This document shows positions 17,231 through 27,110 of a stretch of DNA of 64,000 nt, one piece after another; the first letter of the stretch is position 1; each line of letters opens with the position of its first letter. The position numbers were made by a program, and so were the translations under genes. The stretch covers positions 1 through 64,000 of the forward strand of contig JBFGLM010000017.1 in assembly GCA_041576165.1 (NCBI GenBank). Direction: 5' to 3'. Below the pieces are notes generated by a model. That model was not told the origin of the DNA. It saw only the letters and a program-made list of their open reading frames with translations, and did no database searches. Source of the stretch: Acidimicrobiia bacterium (GTDB lineage: Bacteria; Actinomycetota; Acidimicrobiia; Spongiisociales; Spongiisociaceae).

Positions 17231-18516
17231 CTACCGAGCTGGGTCCTTTTCCGGATGTGGCCGGGTATCAGCGGGCCCGAGAACTGGATGCCGCCGACCC
17301 GATCGCGCACGAACGCGATCGATTCCGTATCGCCGATCCGGAGCTGATCTACCTCGACGGGAACTCCCTGGGGATGATGCCCGAGGCGGCGGCGGCGTCC
17401 GTGGACCAGGTCGTCGAGGAGCAGTGGGGCAGGCGCCTGATCAAGTCGTGGCGCGAAGGCTGGTGGGACCTGCAGCTCGAGGTCGGTGATCTGCTGGCGC
17501 CGGTGATCGGGGCCGGTCCGGGCGAAGTCATCATCTCGGACTCGACATCGGTCAACCTTTTCAAGCTCGCCGTGGCCGCGCTGACGGCCCAGCCCGGCCG
17601 CTCCCGCATCATCACCGACGACCTGAACTTTCCAACCGACATCTACGTGTTGAACGGCATCACCGAAATGCTCGGGGAGCAGTACTCACTCGACGTGATC
17701 CCATCCCCCAACGGGATCGACGGACCGGTCGAAGCGATCGAGGCCGCGCTCGATGACGACGTCGCGCTGCTGTCGCTGTCGGCCGCCTGCTACAGGTCCG
17801 CATACAGCTACGACGTGGAGGCGCTCACCGCCGCCGCCCATAGCGCTGGGGCCATGGTGCTGTGGGATCTCAGCCACGCAGCCGGGTCGGTGGAGGTCGA
17901 CCTGGGTGGCGCCGGAGCCGATCTCGCGATCGGCTGCACCTACAAGTACCTGAACGGCGGTCCGGGCAGCCCCGCGTTCCTCTACGTCAGGCGGGATCTG
18001 CAAAACCGGTTGGAGAACCCGATCACTGCGTGGTGGGGGCATGCCGAGCCGTTTGCGATGGAGCTGACGTTCACGCCCACTGAGGGGATTCGCCGTTTTC
18101 ACGCCGGCACGATGCCGATCCTGTCACTCGCGGCTTCCCAAGCGGGGATCGAGCAGGTAGTCCGGGTGGGGATGGACGCCATCCGGTCCAAATCAGTGGC
18201 GCTCACCCAGTTCTTCGTGGACCAAACCGTACGGCACCTCGTACCGATGGGATTCAGCCTCGCCTCGCCCGCTGATCCCGCCCGCCGGGGCTCGCACGTC
18301 GCCTTGGCCCATCCGGCTGCCTGGCAAATCGTGCAGGCCATGATCGAAGACGCCAAGGTCTTGCCGGATTTCCGGGAGCCGGATGTTGTCCGCTCCGGGC
18401 TCTCACCGCTGACCACGCGGTTCATCGACGTGCACACCGCCGTTGTGCGGATCGCCCGGTTGGTCGAGACCGGCACGCACCAGCGCTTCCAGGCCCAACG
18501 AGCCGGCGTGACCTGA
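17227..18516 (+). CDS. kynU: Kynureninase
   Basis: IYLDGNSLG, DSTSVNL, NFPTD, WDLSHAAG, GCTYKYLNGGPG and RRGSHV motifs; TTG start overlaps the upstream stop. Confidence 0.95.
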   Translation: MTTELGPFPDVAGYQRARELDAADPIAHERDRFRIADPELIYLDGNSLGMMPEAAAASVDQVVEEQWGRRLIKSWREGWWDLQLEVGDLLAPVIGAGPGEVIISDSTSVNLFKLAVAALTAQPGRSRIITDDLNFPTDIYVLNGITEMLGEQYSLDVIPSPNGIDGPVEAIEAALDDDVALLSLSAACYRSAYSYDVEALTAAAHSAGAMVLWDLSHAAGSVEVDLGGAGADLAIGCTYKYLNGGPGSPAFLYVRRDLQNRLENPITAWWGHAEPFAMELTFTPTEGIRRFHAGTMPILSLAASQAGIEQVVRVGMDAIRSKSVALTQFFVDQTVRHLVPMGFSLASPADPARRGSHVALAHPAAWQIVQAMIEDAKVLPDFREPDVVRSGLSPLTTRFIDVHTAVVRIARLVETGTHQRFQAQRAGVT

Positions 18517-18525
18517 GGAGCGACG

Positions 18526-19311
18526 ATGCACGGGATGACCTACGGCGACTACCTGAAGGTGCCGGAGTTGTTGTCGCTACAACAGCCCAAGTCTCAACCT
18601 CCGGAGCACGACGAGATGCTCTTCATCGTCATCCATCAGGTGTACGAGCTGTGGTTCAAGCAGGTTCTGCACGAGCTGGATCGCCTCGCCGTCCACATCG
18701 ACCAGGACGCCGTCGCCAAGGGAGAGCACCAGCTGGTCCGCATCCTGAAGATCCTCAAGACCATGGTCAGCCAGCTCGACATCCTCGAGACCATGACCCC
18801 AACCGAGTTCCTGTCGTTCCGGGACTTCCTCGGCCAGGCCAGCGGCTTCGAGTCCTGGCAGTTTCGGGAGATGGAGTTTGTCTTGGGCCACAAGCAGCGC
18901 CGGCACGTCACGCGGTTCGCGCCGGGGACCGTGCAGCGCCAGGCGCTCGAAGCCCGGTATGCGGCGCCGTCGATATGGGCTCGCTTCGTCGGCATGTTGG
19001 CTCGTCGCGGGTTCCAGATCCCCGCCCACGCGCTGAAACGCCCTCCCACCGAGTCGACTACCCCGTCCGGTGGGGTCCAAGCCGCACTGGTCGACGTGTA
19101 TCGGACCGACCCAGTGCTCACAGGCTTTTGCGAACTGCTGACCGACATGGACGAGGGCTTACAGGAGTGGCGCTACCGCCACGTCATGATGGTGCAGCGC
19201 ACCATTGGCACCAAGACGGGCACCGGCGGGTCGAGTGGGGCGGACTACTTGCGTTCCACGCTATTTCACCCAGTCTTCCCGGATCTGTGGGCGATCCGCA
19301 CGGCGCTGTGA
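18526..19311 (+). CDS. kynA: Tryptophan 2,3-dioxygenase
   Basis: TYGDYL, HDEMLFIVIHQVYELWFK, ASGFES.QFR and WRYRH..RTIGTKTGTGGSSGADYL motifs. Confidence 0.96.
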   Translation: MHGMTYGDYLKVPELLSLQQPKSQPPEHDEMLFIVIHQVYELWFKQVLHELDRLAVHIDQDAVAKGEHQLVRILKILKTMVSQLDILETMTPTEFLSFRDFLGQASGFESWQFREMEFVLGHKQRRHVTRFAPGTVQRQALEARYAAPSIWARFVGMLARRGFQIPAHALKRPPTESTTPSGGVQAALVDVYRTDPVLTGFCELLTDMDEGLQEWRYRHVMMVQRTIGTKTGTGGSSGADYLRSTLFHPVFPDLWAIRTAL

Positions 19312-19334
19312 ACGGCCGGCCGGGGCCTCCCGGA

Positions 19335-19456
19335 GCGAGCCTTAGGCTCGGGGGTACCCTCAGGGGCCCCGAGCGCCGAAAGTTCGAGGAACCGGCATGC
19401 GTTTGCTGAACTTCCGGCTATAGGGTGCCCTCAGGGACCCTCCTAGCCTAAGGAAC
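19335..19456. repeat. Inverted pair of REP-like elements (copy B 19335-19385, copy C 19409-19456)
   Basis: B matches the reverse complement of copy A; C (aacttccggctatagggtgccctcagggaccctcctagcctaagg) matches copy A directly. Confidence 0.72.
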
Positions 19457-19543
19457 GATCAATAGTCCCCCTCCCCCGGGTGCCCGGTTTCGCCAGAAAT
19501 GACATAACCTGGCCCGGACACAGACCTCGAGGAGCGCGTCCCG

Positions 19544-20182
19544 ATGGCGAGACCCAAAGGCAATCGACCGACTCCGGCGAAACGGCCGGAACAGCCGGCC
19601 GGCACATCCGGCACCCGTCGCCCGCTGCCCCAGGCGTCGGACAAGCCCGCCCGCGACTGGAAGCCGATCCTTCTGTGGGGAGCCGGTGGCGTGGTCCTCG
19701 TGGCATTCATCGTGGCGGTCGTCGTTGGGTTGAGCAGCGAGGTCAGCGGCATCCCGGAAGGCGTCCAGGAAATCGCCGTTGATCCTCCCCAGCACGTCGA
19801 CGGCGAAATCGCTTACGACGGCCACCCGGCCGGCGGTCCGCACAACCCCGTATGGCTGAATTGCGGCGTCTACACCGAGCCGGTTCCGGAGGAGAACGCG
19901 GTCCACTCGCTGGAACACGGCGCGGTGTGGATCACCTATCCGACCGGCAGCGAGCCTGAGCTCGTCGACCGGCTCGAAGGTTATGCCGGCCGCCCCAAGA
20001 TGATCGTGAGCCCGGTCGATGGTCAGACATCGCCGGTCCTGCTCACCGCATGGGGTGTCCAGATGGAGACCGGCGATCCGGGCGACCGCCGGATCGAGCA
20101 GTTCATCGCCGCGTTCAACGGCGGTGGAAATGCCCCCGAGCCGGGTGGCGCCTGCACCGGCGGTGTCGGTCAGCCGGCGTAA
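19544..20182 (+). CDS. DUF3105 domain membrane-anchored protein
   Basis: Single TM; PAGGPHNPVWLNCGVY, NAVHSLEHGAVWITY, LTAWG and APEPGGAC motifs. Confidence 0.9.
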   Translation: MARPKGNRPTPAKRPEQPAGTSGTRRPLPQASDKPARDWKPILLWGAGGVVLVAFIVAVVVGLSSEVSGIPEGVQEIAVDPPQHVDGEIAYDGHPAGGPHNPVWLNCGVYTEPVPEENAVHSLEHGAVWITYPTGSEPELVDRLEGYAGRPKMIVSPVDGQTSPVLLTAWGVQMETGDPGDRRIEQFIAAFNGGGNAPEPGGACTGGVGQPA

Positions 20183-20233
20183 CCCGGCGCCGGGAGCCGA
20201 TTCAACTAAACCTCCCAACCCCGGGGCGGGTGT

Positions 20234-20752
20234 GTGAGGGTGTTGATGCACATGCCGTTGTCGACCGCCGGGTCTACTGAGCCCTTCGAGTCGTTCTACC
20301 GCCGCGAGTACGCCGCGATGGTGGCGCTGGCGGCTGCCGTGAGCGGCACCCCGGCACTCGCCGAGGATCTGGCGCAAGAGGCGCTGGTCCGAGCCCACCG
20401 GGCCTGGCCGAAGATCTCCACCTACGACCGGCCTGGGGCTTGGCTGCGGCGAGTCACGATCAACCTGGCCACCAACCTACGCCGCCGGACCTCAACCGAG
20501 CGGCGCCTCGGACCACTAGCGAGCGAGCGGCCCCGGGTCGCGGAGATGGTGCTGCGGGACGAGCAGGTGTGGCGCGCCGTCGCCCACCTGCCGGCGCGGC
20601 AGCGAGCCGCCATCGCGCTGTTCTATCTGGAAGACCGCAGCATCGCCGAGATTGCCGAGATCCTGGGGTGTGCACCCAACACCGCCAAAGCGCACCTCCA
20701 CCAGGGGCGTCGAGCGTTGCATTCGCGCCTTGATCAGGAGAATCTGCCATGA
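20234..20752 (+). CDS. ECF RNA polymerase sigma factor (SigE family)
   Basis: AEDLAQEAL, PGAWLRRVTIN and region 4 LPARQRAAIALFY..EIAEILGC..TAKAHL; start could be 20246 or 20252. Confidence 0.9.
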   Translation: MRVLMHMPLSTAGSTEPFESFYRREYAAMVALAAAVSGTPALAEDLAQEALVRAHRAWPKISTYDRPGAWLRRVTINLATNLRRRTSTERRLGPLASERPRVAEMVLRDEQVWRAVAHLPARQRAAIALFYLEDRSIAEIAEILGCAPNTAKAHLHQGRRALHSRLDQENLP

Positions 20753-22950
20753 ACACCGACGATCGCATCCGGGCTGCCTTCGAGGATCTGGCCCGCCAGG
20801 CGGCCGAGGCCGATCCCGGGCCGGGCGTAGCGGCTTTCGCGTCGCCTGCACGGTCCCGACCACCGCGCTCATGGCTAGGGGCCGTGGCGGCGGGTGTGGT
20901 CATCGTGGTGGCAGTCGGCGCCATCGCCCTCCTCCAGCTTGGCGACGATCCGGTGGCCCCTGCCGGCCTCCAGACGACGACGACCGCGACCACTGAGCCC
21001 GGTCCCGTCTCCACTCCCGCCCTCGCCGTCACAGACACGACCACGGCCGGCGCCGCGACGCCCGAGCCGGTCCCCGCGACCTCCGGACGGCCCGCCCTGA
21101 TCCTGGCGGACCAGGCCGGCATCGTTGCCGTCGACCGCGATCGCAGGACCAGCCAACTCTCGAACCGGCCGGCGGAGGTGGCGTATACCGACGGCCAGGG
21201 CGGCGTGGTGTATCAGGATCCTGCCGGTCGGATCGCATACATCACTGCGGCCGGCGATGAGGTGGAGCTCAACGCCACCGGCGGGCTCCAAGGGGTTATC
21301 GGAGCTGCCGCGGGACCGGCGGCCGTGGTGATCGAGCGGTCACCCATTGCCGACACCGAAGCGTTCGACGGTCGGGTCGTCGCCGTGGATCTCGCGTCGA
21401 ACATCCCGACGGTGCTCGCGCCGCGCGGTGACGTTGCGCGTTACTCAACCTGGGGCGACAGCGTGGTGCTTACAACAGCTGCGGAGGAAGCAACATCGTT
21501 GAGTGTGGTGTGGGCGGGGGCAGAGGCCTTCTCCGTTGAAGAGCCGAGTGGTGCGGTCATTCAGGGGGGAATCATCGTCCCGTCCGAATCAAGCGATGCA
21601 CAGATTGCGTACTTTCGCAACGACCTGGCCGCCAACACGGCCCAACTGGTAGTGAGAGACCTGCAGGGCGAGGTCGTAGATGAGTACGACATCGAGGGCG
21701 GGATCGGGATGTGGCTCGACGCCGACCGAGGTACGTTGGTGGCCACCTTCGGAGACGGGCGCGAGACGATCGGGTTCGCGCTGATCGACTTGGCAACGGG
21801 CGACCAGCAGCAGCCCCCCTTCCCGGGCACCGCCACCTTGCTGACGGGGCCAATACCGGTAGGTAGTGTCGCCCCCGTGGCCGAGAATGTGCGATGGCGA
21901 ATCACCGGATTAGATGAAGGCGCGTTCCTGAACGTGCGGGCCGGTGGCGGGATCGAGCACGAACGGATTGGCCGCCTCTTCATGGACGATGAGACGGTCG
22001 AGGTCACCGGGGAAGGAGCCCTCAACCCGGACGGGTCCGGCTGGTACCAAGTCCGGCTGGAAGATGGAACGGTCGGCTTCGCCAGCAACGAGTTCCTGGC
22101 CCCGCCGGCGGCGTGGGAGGTCGGCTTCAACGAGGTCGCGTGCGGGCAGGGCGTGAGCACCGCCCAGGTGACGCCGCCCCCACCCCCTGACGGCACGGTG
22201 GGTTCGGCCATCGGAGGGTGGGCCCACGTCAGCGGGGACCAATGTGACCGGTATGTGGTGGCCTTTTCCATGGCCGGGCCCGGCGACGGTCGAATGATGC
22301 CGGCCGATCATGTCCCGGGAGGGTTGAGCATGGGCGCCGATCCGTCCCGGATCTCCGTCACCATGCCCGACGTGACCGAGGTCGAAGCGGTCGCAACTCA
22401 CGCCCTCCTCGGTGAGACTTTCGCCCTCATCGCCCAACCCGCCGATCTCAGTGCGCCACTCGAGATCCGGCTCCTGCGGGGCAACGGCGCCAACGCCCGG
22501 ATGAGCGTGCTGTCCCATCCGGCCCGACTGCTGATCGACGTTCCCAAGACCGCCGCCCCGCCGACCGGGCAAACGCCGGTGATCGGGGAGGGAGCGACTC
22601 TGTTCGAGAGCCCAGTGGACCCGGACGGCGCAGGGGTGAGCGCTCCGGTGACGGTGACCGGCTATGCGAGATGGTTCGAGGCGCAGGGTGAGGCTGAGAT
22701 GCGCGACCTCGCCGGCGGGCCGGCCCCGGCCACCATCACGGGTCCGTCGCTGAGCGGTGCCGGGCCCGGCGTCCCGGGTTCGGCCGGCGTGTATGCGGCG
22801 TGGAATCCCACCTGGGGTGAGTTCGTGCTCACCATCGACGCTCCGCCGGGAGACTATGAGCTGTTTGTCGGCGAAGACTGCCTGGTGGACGACGCGAACG
22901 ATGTGTGGAAGCCTTGCGGGATCACCGAGCGGTTCACGATCACCGATTGA
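20749..22950 (+). CDS. Putative membrane anti-sigma factor with large extracytoplasmic region (SH3-like plus Ig/AMIN-like segments)
   Basis: ATGA overlap with the sigma gene, DDRIRAAFEDLA N-terminus, one TM, Thr/Pro linker, LNVRAG..WYQV..GFASNEFL SH3-like motif, VTVTGYARWFEA Gmad2-like motif. Confidence 0.65.
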   Translation: MNTDDRIRAAFEDLARQAAEADPGPGVAAFASPARSRPPRSWLGAVAAGVVIVVAVGAIALLQLGDDPVAPAGLQTTTTATTEPGPVSTPALAVTDTTTAGAATPEPVPATSGRPALILADQAGIVAVDRDRRTSQLSNRPAEVAYTDGQGGVVYQDPAGRIAYITAAGDEVELNATGGLQGVIGAAAGPAAVVIERSPIADTEAFDGRVVAVDLASNIPTVLAPRGDVARYSTWGDSVVLTTAAEEATSLSVVWAGAEAFSVEEPSGAVIQGGIIVPSESSDAQIAYFRNDLAANTAQLVVRDLQGEVVDEYDIEGGIGMWLDADRGTLVATFGDGRETIGFALIDLATGDQQQPPFPGTATLLTGPIPVGSVAPVAENVRWRITGLDEGAFLNVRAGGGIEHERIGRLFMDDETVEVTGEGALNPDGSGWYQVRLEDGTVGFASNEFLAPPAAWEVGFNEVACGQGVSTAQVTPPPPPDGTVGSAIGGWAHVSGDQCDRYVVAFSMAGPGDGRMMPADHVPGGLSMGADPSRISVTMPDVTEVEAVATHALLGETFALIAQPADLSAPLEIRLLRGNGANARMSVLSHPARLLIDVPKTAAPPTGQTPVIGEGATLFESPVDPDGAGVSAPVTVTGYARWFEAQGEAEMRDLAGGPAPATITGPSLSGAGPGVPGSAGVYAAWNPTWGEFVLTIDAPPGDYELFVGEDCLVDDANDVWKPCGITERFTITD

Positions 22951-22994
22951 GCCGGCGGCCGGCCGGGGAACTGGTGGGCGACCGGCCGCGCCTG

Positions 22995-23459
22995 CTACAG
23001 CCCGCCCCGGAAGCCCAGTTGCCGCCAGGCTTCATAAAGGACAATGGCCACCGAATTGGCCAGATTGATCGAGCGGCTCTTGGGCCGCATGGGTATCCGC
23101 ACCTGATCGGTGACCGCCGAATGGGACAGCACCGAATCGGGCAAGCCGACCGACTCCCGTCCGAAGACGAACATGTCTCCGCCGCGGTATGCCACATCGG
23201 TGTGCAGGGTGAGCCCCCGTCCCGTCAGCGCATACACGCGGTCGGGCCGAACCGCCGCGAGGACCGCATCAAACGAGTCGTGCTGTCGGACTGATGCGTA
23301 TTCCCAATAGTCGAGACCAGCCCGGCGCACGTTGGCCTCGTCCATCGAGAATCCCAGCGGGTGCACGAGATGGAGGGTGGCGCCGGTGTTCGCAGACAAG
23401 CGGATGATGTTGCCCGTATTCGGCGGGATTTCGGGCTCGTGCAGCACCACGTGGAACAC
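22995..23459 (-). CDS. trmL: tRNA (cytidine(34)-2'-O)-methyltransferase
   Basis: [30 protein letters not shown] and [14 protein letters not shown] motifs. Confidence 0.96.
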   Translation of the reverse strand: MFHVVLHEPEIPPNTGNIIRLSANTGATLHLVHPLGFSMDEANVRRAGLDYWEYASVRQHDSFDAVLAAVRPDRVYALTGRGLTLHTDVAYRGGDMFVFGRESVGLPDSVLSHSAVTDQVRIPMRPKSRSINLANSVAIVLYEAWRQLGFRGGL

Positions 23460-23460
23460 G

Positions 23461-24120
23461 TCAGAACAGGCGCAGCGCGTTGGAATCCATGCCCCGGAGC
23501 TCGTCGTAATCCACCTCGACCCAGCGTATCCCCCTCGCCTCGGCTAGCACCTTGGCCTGGGGCGCGATCAGCTGAGCGGCAAAGATCCCCCGCAGTGGAT
23601 GCAAGCGTGAGTCGTGACTCAGCCGGTCCAGGTACCGGGTGAGCTGTTCCACCCCGTCGATCTCCCCTCGCCGTTTGATCTCAACTGCGACGGTCTCGCC
23701 TGCGTCTGAGCGGCAGAGGAGATCAACCGGTCCGATATCGGTGGCGTACTCGGGGCGGATCAGGGTCAGTCCGGCTTCCAGAACCTCAGGCCGCTCCGCG
23801 AGGAGCGCCTGCAGGTGGGCCTCAACCCCGTCTTTTTCCAGGCCCGGGTCGGTACCAAGATCATGCTCGGTATCGGAGAGGATCTCATCGATCGAGATCA
23901 ACAGCCGCTCGCCCTTGGGGTTGGTGACCGTCCATAGGCGCTCGTCCTCCGCCAGGTGGTTGGGCGCATTCATCCAGTTCAGCGGCTTGTACGCACCCCC
24001 GTCGGCATGAATGGCGACACAGCCGTCGGCCTTGACCATGATGAGCCGGATGGCCATCGGGAGGTGAGCCGTCAAGCGTCCTTCATAGTCGACCGAACAG
24101 CGGGCTATGACGAGGCGCAT
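23461..24120 (-). CDS. nucS: Mismatch-specific endonuclease NucS/EndoMS
   Basis: [29 protein letters not shown] and [18 protein letters not shown] motifs. Confidence 0.96.
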   Translation of the reverse strand: MRLVIARCSVDYEGRLTAHLPMAIRLIMVKADGCVAIHADGGAYKPLNWMNAPNHLAEDERLWTVTNPKGERLLISIDEILSDTEHDLGTDPGLEKDGVEAHLQALLAERPEVLEAGLTLIRPEYATDIGPVDLLCRSDAGETVAVEIKRRGEIDGVEQLTRYLDRLSHDSRLHPLRGIFAAQLIAPQAKVLAEARGIRWVEVDYDELRGMDSNALRLF

Positions 24121-24162
24121 GGCCGGGCAGAGTACCAGCGGCATCAGTCGGCTCCGGCGCCC

Positions 24163-24230
24163 ATCGTCCGTGTGAACGACGCCAAATCGTCGGCGCGGCC
24201 GACGCACTCGAGCACACCGCTGGATACGCT
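24163..24230 (+). promoter_or_regulatory. Tandem 18-bp response-regulator-like sites plus -10 upstream of the sensor kinase
   Basis: ATCGTCCGTGTGAACGAC (24163) and ATCGTCGGCGCGGCCGAC (24186), TACGCT at 24225; same geometry as 40420-40487. Confidence 0.6.
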
Positions 24231-24238
24231 TTCCCAGC

Positions 24239-25444
24239 ATGTTCGACCACGCATACCGCCCGACCCGGCGAGAGGTGCTTCAGGACATCGGACTCGCAGC
24301 TGCGATCGCGGCGGTGGGCGTGTTCGAGTACTTCATGTTCGCCGATACGTACGTGGACAACAGCGTCATCGAGAACACGCGTCAGCCGGGGCCGCTGCTG
24401 CTGTCGCTCACCGTTCTGACAATCGCTCCGGTGGGCATCCGGCGGCGGTTCCCCGTCACGGCAGCGGTGGTAGGCCACGGGTTCTTCGTCATCACGACCG
24501 GGCTCGACTTCCAGATCACTTCGGCGGCGCAGTTCTCGTTGCTGATCCCCTTCTACGGCTTGGCGCTGTACGTACCGCCACAACCGGGCGACGTGGTGCG
24601 CGGCGCCATCGTTGCCGCCATGGTGGGATGGACCACACTCGGTGCGATTGCGTCCGGCGTTCCATCCGGCCTGATACTGCTGACATTGGTCGTCTACGTA
24701 GCGACCTGGATGGTCGGTAACAACGCCCGGGCCCGGATCCAGAACTCGCTGCTGCTGGAGGAGCGAGCCGCCCGGGCGGAGCGCGACCGGGAGCGATCCG
24801 CTGCCCGGGCGGTCGCGACCGAACGGGCCCGGATCGCCCGTGAACTGCACGACGTGGTCGCGCACAGCATCACGGTCATGACCGTTCAGGCCACCGGAGC
24901 CAAACGCATCATCGGAACCAAGCCCGATCAAGCCAAACATGCCCTGGAAGCCATTGAAGCCACGGGACGCCAGGCGCTCGGCGAGATGCGCCGAATGGTC
25001 GGAGTGATGCGAGGGGACGCGGGGGATATCGGCCTGGAGCCCCAACCCGGCCTGGCCGGGTTGGCGGAGTTGTTCGAGCAGATCGAGGCAAGCGGGGTCG
25101 AACTCGAGTGGTCGGTTCGGGGCGAGGCGACGCCCGCGCCCCCGGGGGTCGAGCTCACCGCCTACCGCGTCGTGCAGGAAGCGCTCACCAACACGATCAA
25201 ACATGCCGGACCGAACGCCAAGGCAACAGTCGAGGTGCGCTACGAGAACGGCGATCTGGCGATTGAGATCATCGACAGCGGACGGGGGGTGACCCGCCCC
25301 GGCGACAACGGTGCCGAGCCCGGACACGGTCTGCTCGGGATGCGGGAGCGGGTGGTGCTCTACGGAGGGAGCTTCGACGCCGGACCACGTGCAGGAGGCG
25401 GCTATCGAGTCGCGGCCACGATTCCGTTTGAGGTTGATCGATGA
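24239..25444 (+). CDS. Membrane sensor histidine kinase (HisKA_3)
   Basis: Multiple N-terminal TMs, [30 protein letters not shown] and [11 protein letters not shown] motifs. Confidence 0.95.
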   Translation: MFDHAYRPTRREVLQDIGLAAAIAAVGVFEYFMFADTYVDNSVIENTRQPGPLLLSLTVLTIAPVGIRRRFPVTAAVVGHGFFVITTGLDFQITSAAQFSLLIPFYGLALYVPPQPGDVVRGAIVAAMVGWTTLGAIASGVPSGLILLTLVVYVATWMVGNNARARIQNSLLLEERAARAERDRERSAARAVATERARIARELHDVVAHSITVMTVQATGAKRIIGTKPDQAKHALEAIEATGRQALGEMRRMVGVMRGDAGDIGLEPQPGLAGLAELFEQIEASGVELEWSVRGEATPAPPGVELTAYRVVQEALTNTIKHAGPNAKATVEVRYENGDLAIEIIDSGRGVTRPGDNGAEPGHGLLGMRERVVLYGGSFDAGPRAGGGYRVAATIPFEVDR

Positions 25445-26100
25445 TCAAGACGGTGCTGGTCGACGACCAGGCAATGGTGCGGGCCGGGTTCAAGATGATC
25501 CTGGGCGCAGAGTCAGACATCGAGGTGGTCTCCGAGGCCAACGACGGTCAAGAGGCTGTCGAGGTGGTCCGCCGCATGCGGCCCGATGTCGTCCTGATGG
25601 ACATCCGCATGCCCCGCAAAGACGGGATCGCAGCCACACGCGAGATCGTCGAGGCTCTCGGCGACCAAACCAAAGTGCTGGTGCTCACAACGTTCGACCT
25701 CGACGAGTACGTATATGACGCACTGCGGGCAGGCGCCAGCGGATTCTTGCTGAAGGATGCACCCCCGGAGGAGCTGGTTTCGGCGATCCGGGTGGTGGCG
25801 GGAGGCGACGCGCTGCTGGCTCCATCAATCACCAAGCGCCTGATCGAGGAGTTCACTCAGCGCCCCGAGACGTCGGATGGCCGGCTGGACGAGCTCACCG
25901 ATCGCGAGCTGGAAGTGCTGCGCGAGGTCGCGCGGGGGGCCACCAACGCCGAGATTGCCGAGAAGCTGTTCGTGAGCGAAACAACCGTCAAGACCCATGT
26001 GTCCCACGTCCTCACCAAGCTCGGCGTGCGGGATCGAGTGCAGGCCGTAGTGGTGGCCTACGAATCCGGATTGGTGCAACCGGGCGACGCCGACATCTGA
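25441..26100 (+). CDS. NarL/LuxR-family response regulator
   Basis: LVDDQ, DVVLMDIRMP, LTTFD, GASGFLLK and a LuxR HTH. Confidence 0.96.
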   Translation: MIKTVLVDDQAMVRAGFKMILGAESDIEVVSEANDGQEAVEVVRRMRPDVVLMDIRMPRKDGIAATREIVEALGDQTKVLVLTTFDLDEYVYDALRAGASGFLLKDAPPEELVSAIRVVAGGDALLAPSITKRLIEEFTQRPETSDGRLDELTDRELEVLREVARGATNAEIAEKLFVSETTVKTHVSHVLTKLGVRDRVQAVVVAYESGLVQPGDADI

Positions 26101-26114
26101 CCACGGCGGCCTCG

Positions 26115-26957
26115 CTACAACGTCGCCAGCAATGCCTCCAGCGCGGCCGCCGCCGCCCCGGTTTTCGGCGCGCCGTGACCGAACAATATCGTGTTGGGTT
26201 TGAGGGCGGCCAGCTTTCGGGCGGAATCGATGGCCAGATCCATCTCCGGCGTGAACCGGGGGTTGGGACCACCCACCCCGTCCACGAGTGCCTCGACGCC
26301 GCTGTCCTCTCCGTTGAGGGCGTCCCCGGCGACGATGGTGGCTGTGGCCGGGTCGAAAACCGAGATGTGGCCGGGCGTATGGCCGGGGGTTGCCACGATC
26401 TGCAATCCGAATACCTCGGCGCCATCCTCATATGTTTCGAGGGGACGGGGCGAGCTGATGACTGCGGCATCGGCTGCGCCCGATCCTAAGACAGCCTGGC
26501 CTGCCGCCGCCGCCACATCTCCAAGGGAACCGACGTGGTCGGGGTGGCGGTGCGTGAGGATCACGTTGCCGACATTGCCCCAGCCGAGGCCGACGTCAGC
26601 CAGGCCCTGCTCGATGGCACCGGCGCTCCCCCCGACTCCGGTATCAACGATCGTCGCCTCGGCGCCTCGCACGAGGACATAGGCCGACACAAAGCCGAGA
26701 TCGACCCGCCGGATCTCGACCCCGCCTGGCGCGGTTTCCGCGGTTGTCGCGGTCGTCCCAACGGTGGTCGGGCTGGTCGTCGCGGTCTCGGCCACAGCAG
26801 TGGTGGCCGCACTCGATTCCAGTGGCGCAGGCTCGCTCGTCGCCGGGGTCTCATCGGTACAGGCCGCGAGTGACCAGCCGCCGACCGAGATCCCCAGCAC
26901 CCCCTTGCCCATGTCCCTGATGAAGGTCCGCCGATCCACTCGGTGCTGTCCGCGCAT
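26115..26957 (-). CDS. Tat-exported MBL-fold metallo-hydrolase, probable lipoprotein
   Basis: DRRTFI twin-arginine motif, SLAAC lipobox, THRHPDH, TPGHTPGH, AGDAL and FGHG motifs. Confidence 0.88.
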   Translation of the reverse strand: MRGQHRVDRRTFIRDMGKGVLGISVGGWSLAACTDETPATSEPAPLESSAATTAVAETATTSPTTVGTTATTAETAPGGVEIRRVDLGFVSAYVLVRGAEATIVDTGVGGSAGAIEQGLADVGLGWGNVGNVILTHRHPDHVGSLGDVAAAAGQAVLGSGAADAAVISSPRPLETYEDGAEVFGLQIVATPGHTPGHISVFDPATATIVAGDALNGEDSGVEALVDGVGGPNPRFTPEMDLAIDSARKLAALKPNTILFGHGAPKTGAAAAALEALLATL

Positions 26958-27034
26958 GACGCTCCTTCCGGTCCCAAGACTCTACGGGCCGAGATAGCCA
27001 GACGGGGTCCCGCATCATCGGGGCCGCGCTCCGC

Positions 27035-27089
27035 TTGCATTTAGTACTAAGTGATTCTATAGTCCCGGTCATGAGATTTAGTGCTAAAA
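27035..27089 (+). promoter_or_regulatory. Sigma70-type promoter of the sigK operon with two ATTTAGTRCTAA boxes
   Basis: TTGCAT (27035)-17 bp-TATAGT (27058); boxes at 27038-27052 and 27075-27089. Confidence 0.75.
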
Positions 27090-27110
27090 ACTTTGCGCTA
27101 GGAGGACAAG

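Noticed and set aside
14958-19456. Palindromic repeats as a possible CRISPR array
   Set aside because: Only three dispersed, divergent copies, no regular spacers and no cas genes
23461-24120. Nuclease as an anti-phage defence gene
   Set aside because: It is housekeeping NucS mismatch repair, standard in Actinomycetota
26115-26957. MBL-fold protein as a beta-lactamase resistance gene
   Set aside because: The HxHxDH fold is shared by many glyoxalase-II-like hydrolases; no class B beta-lactamase-specific evidence is visible
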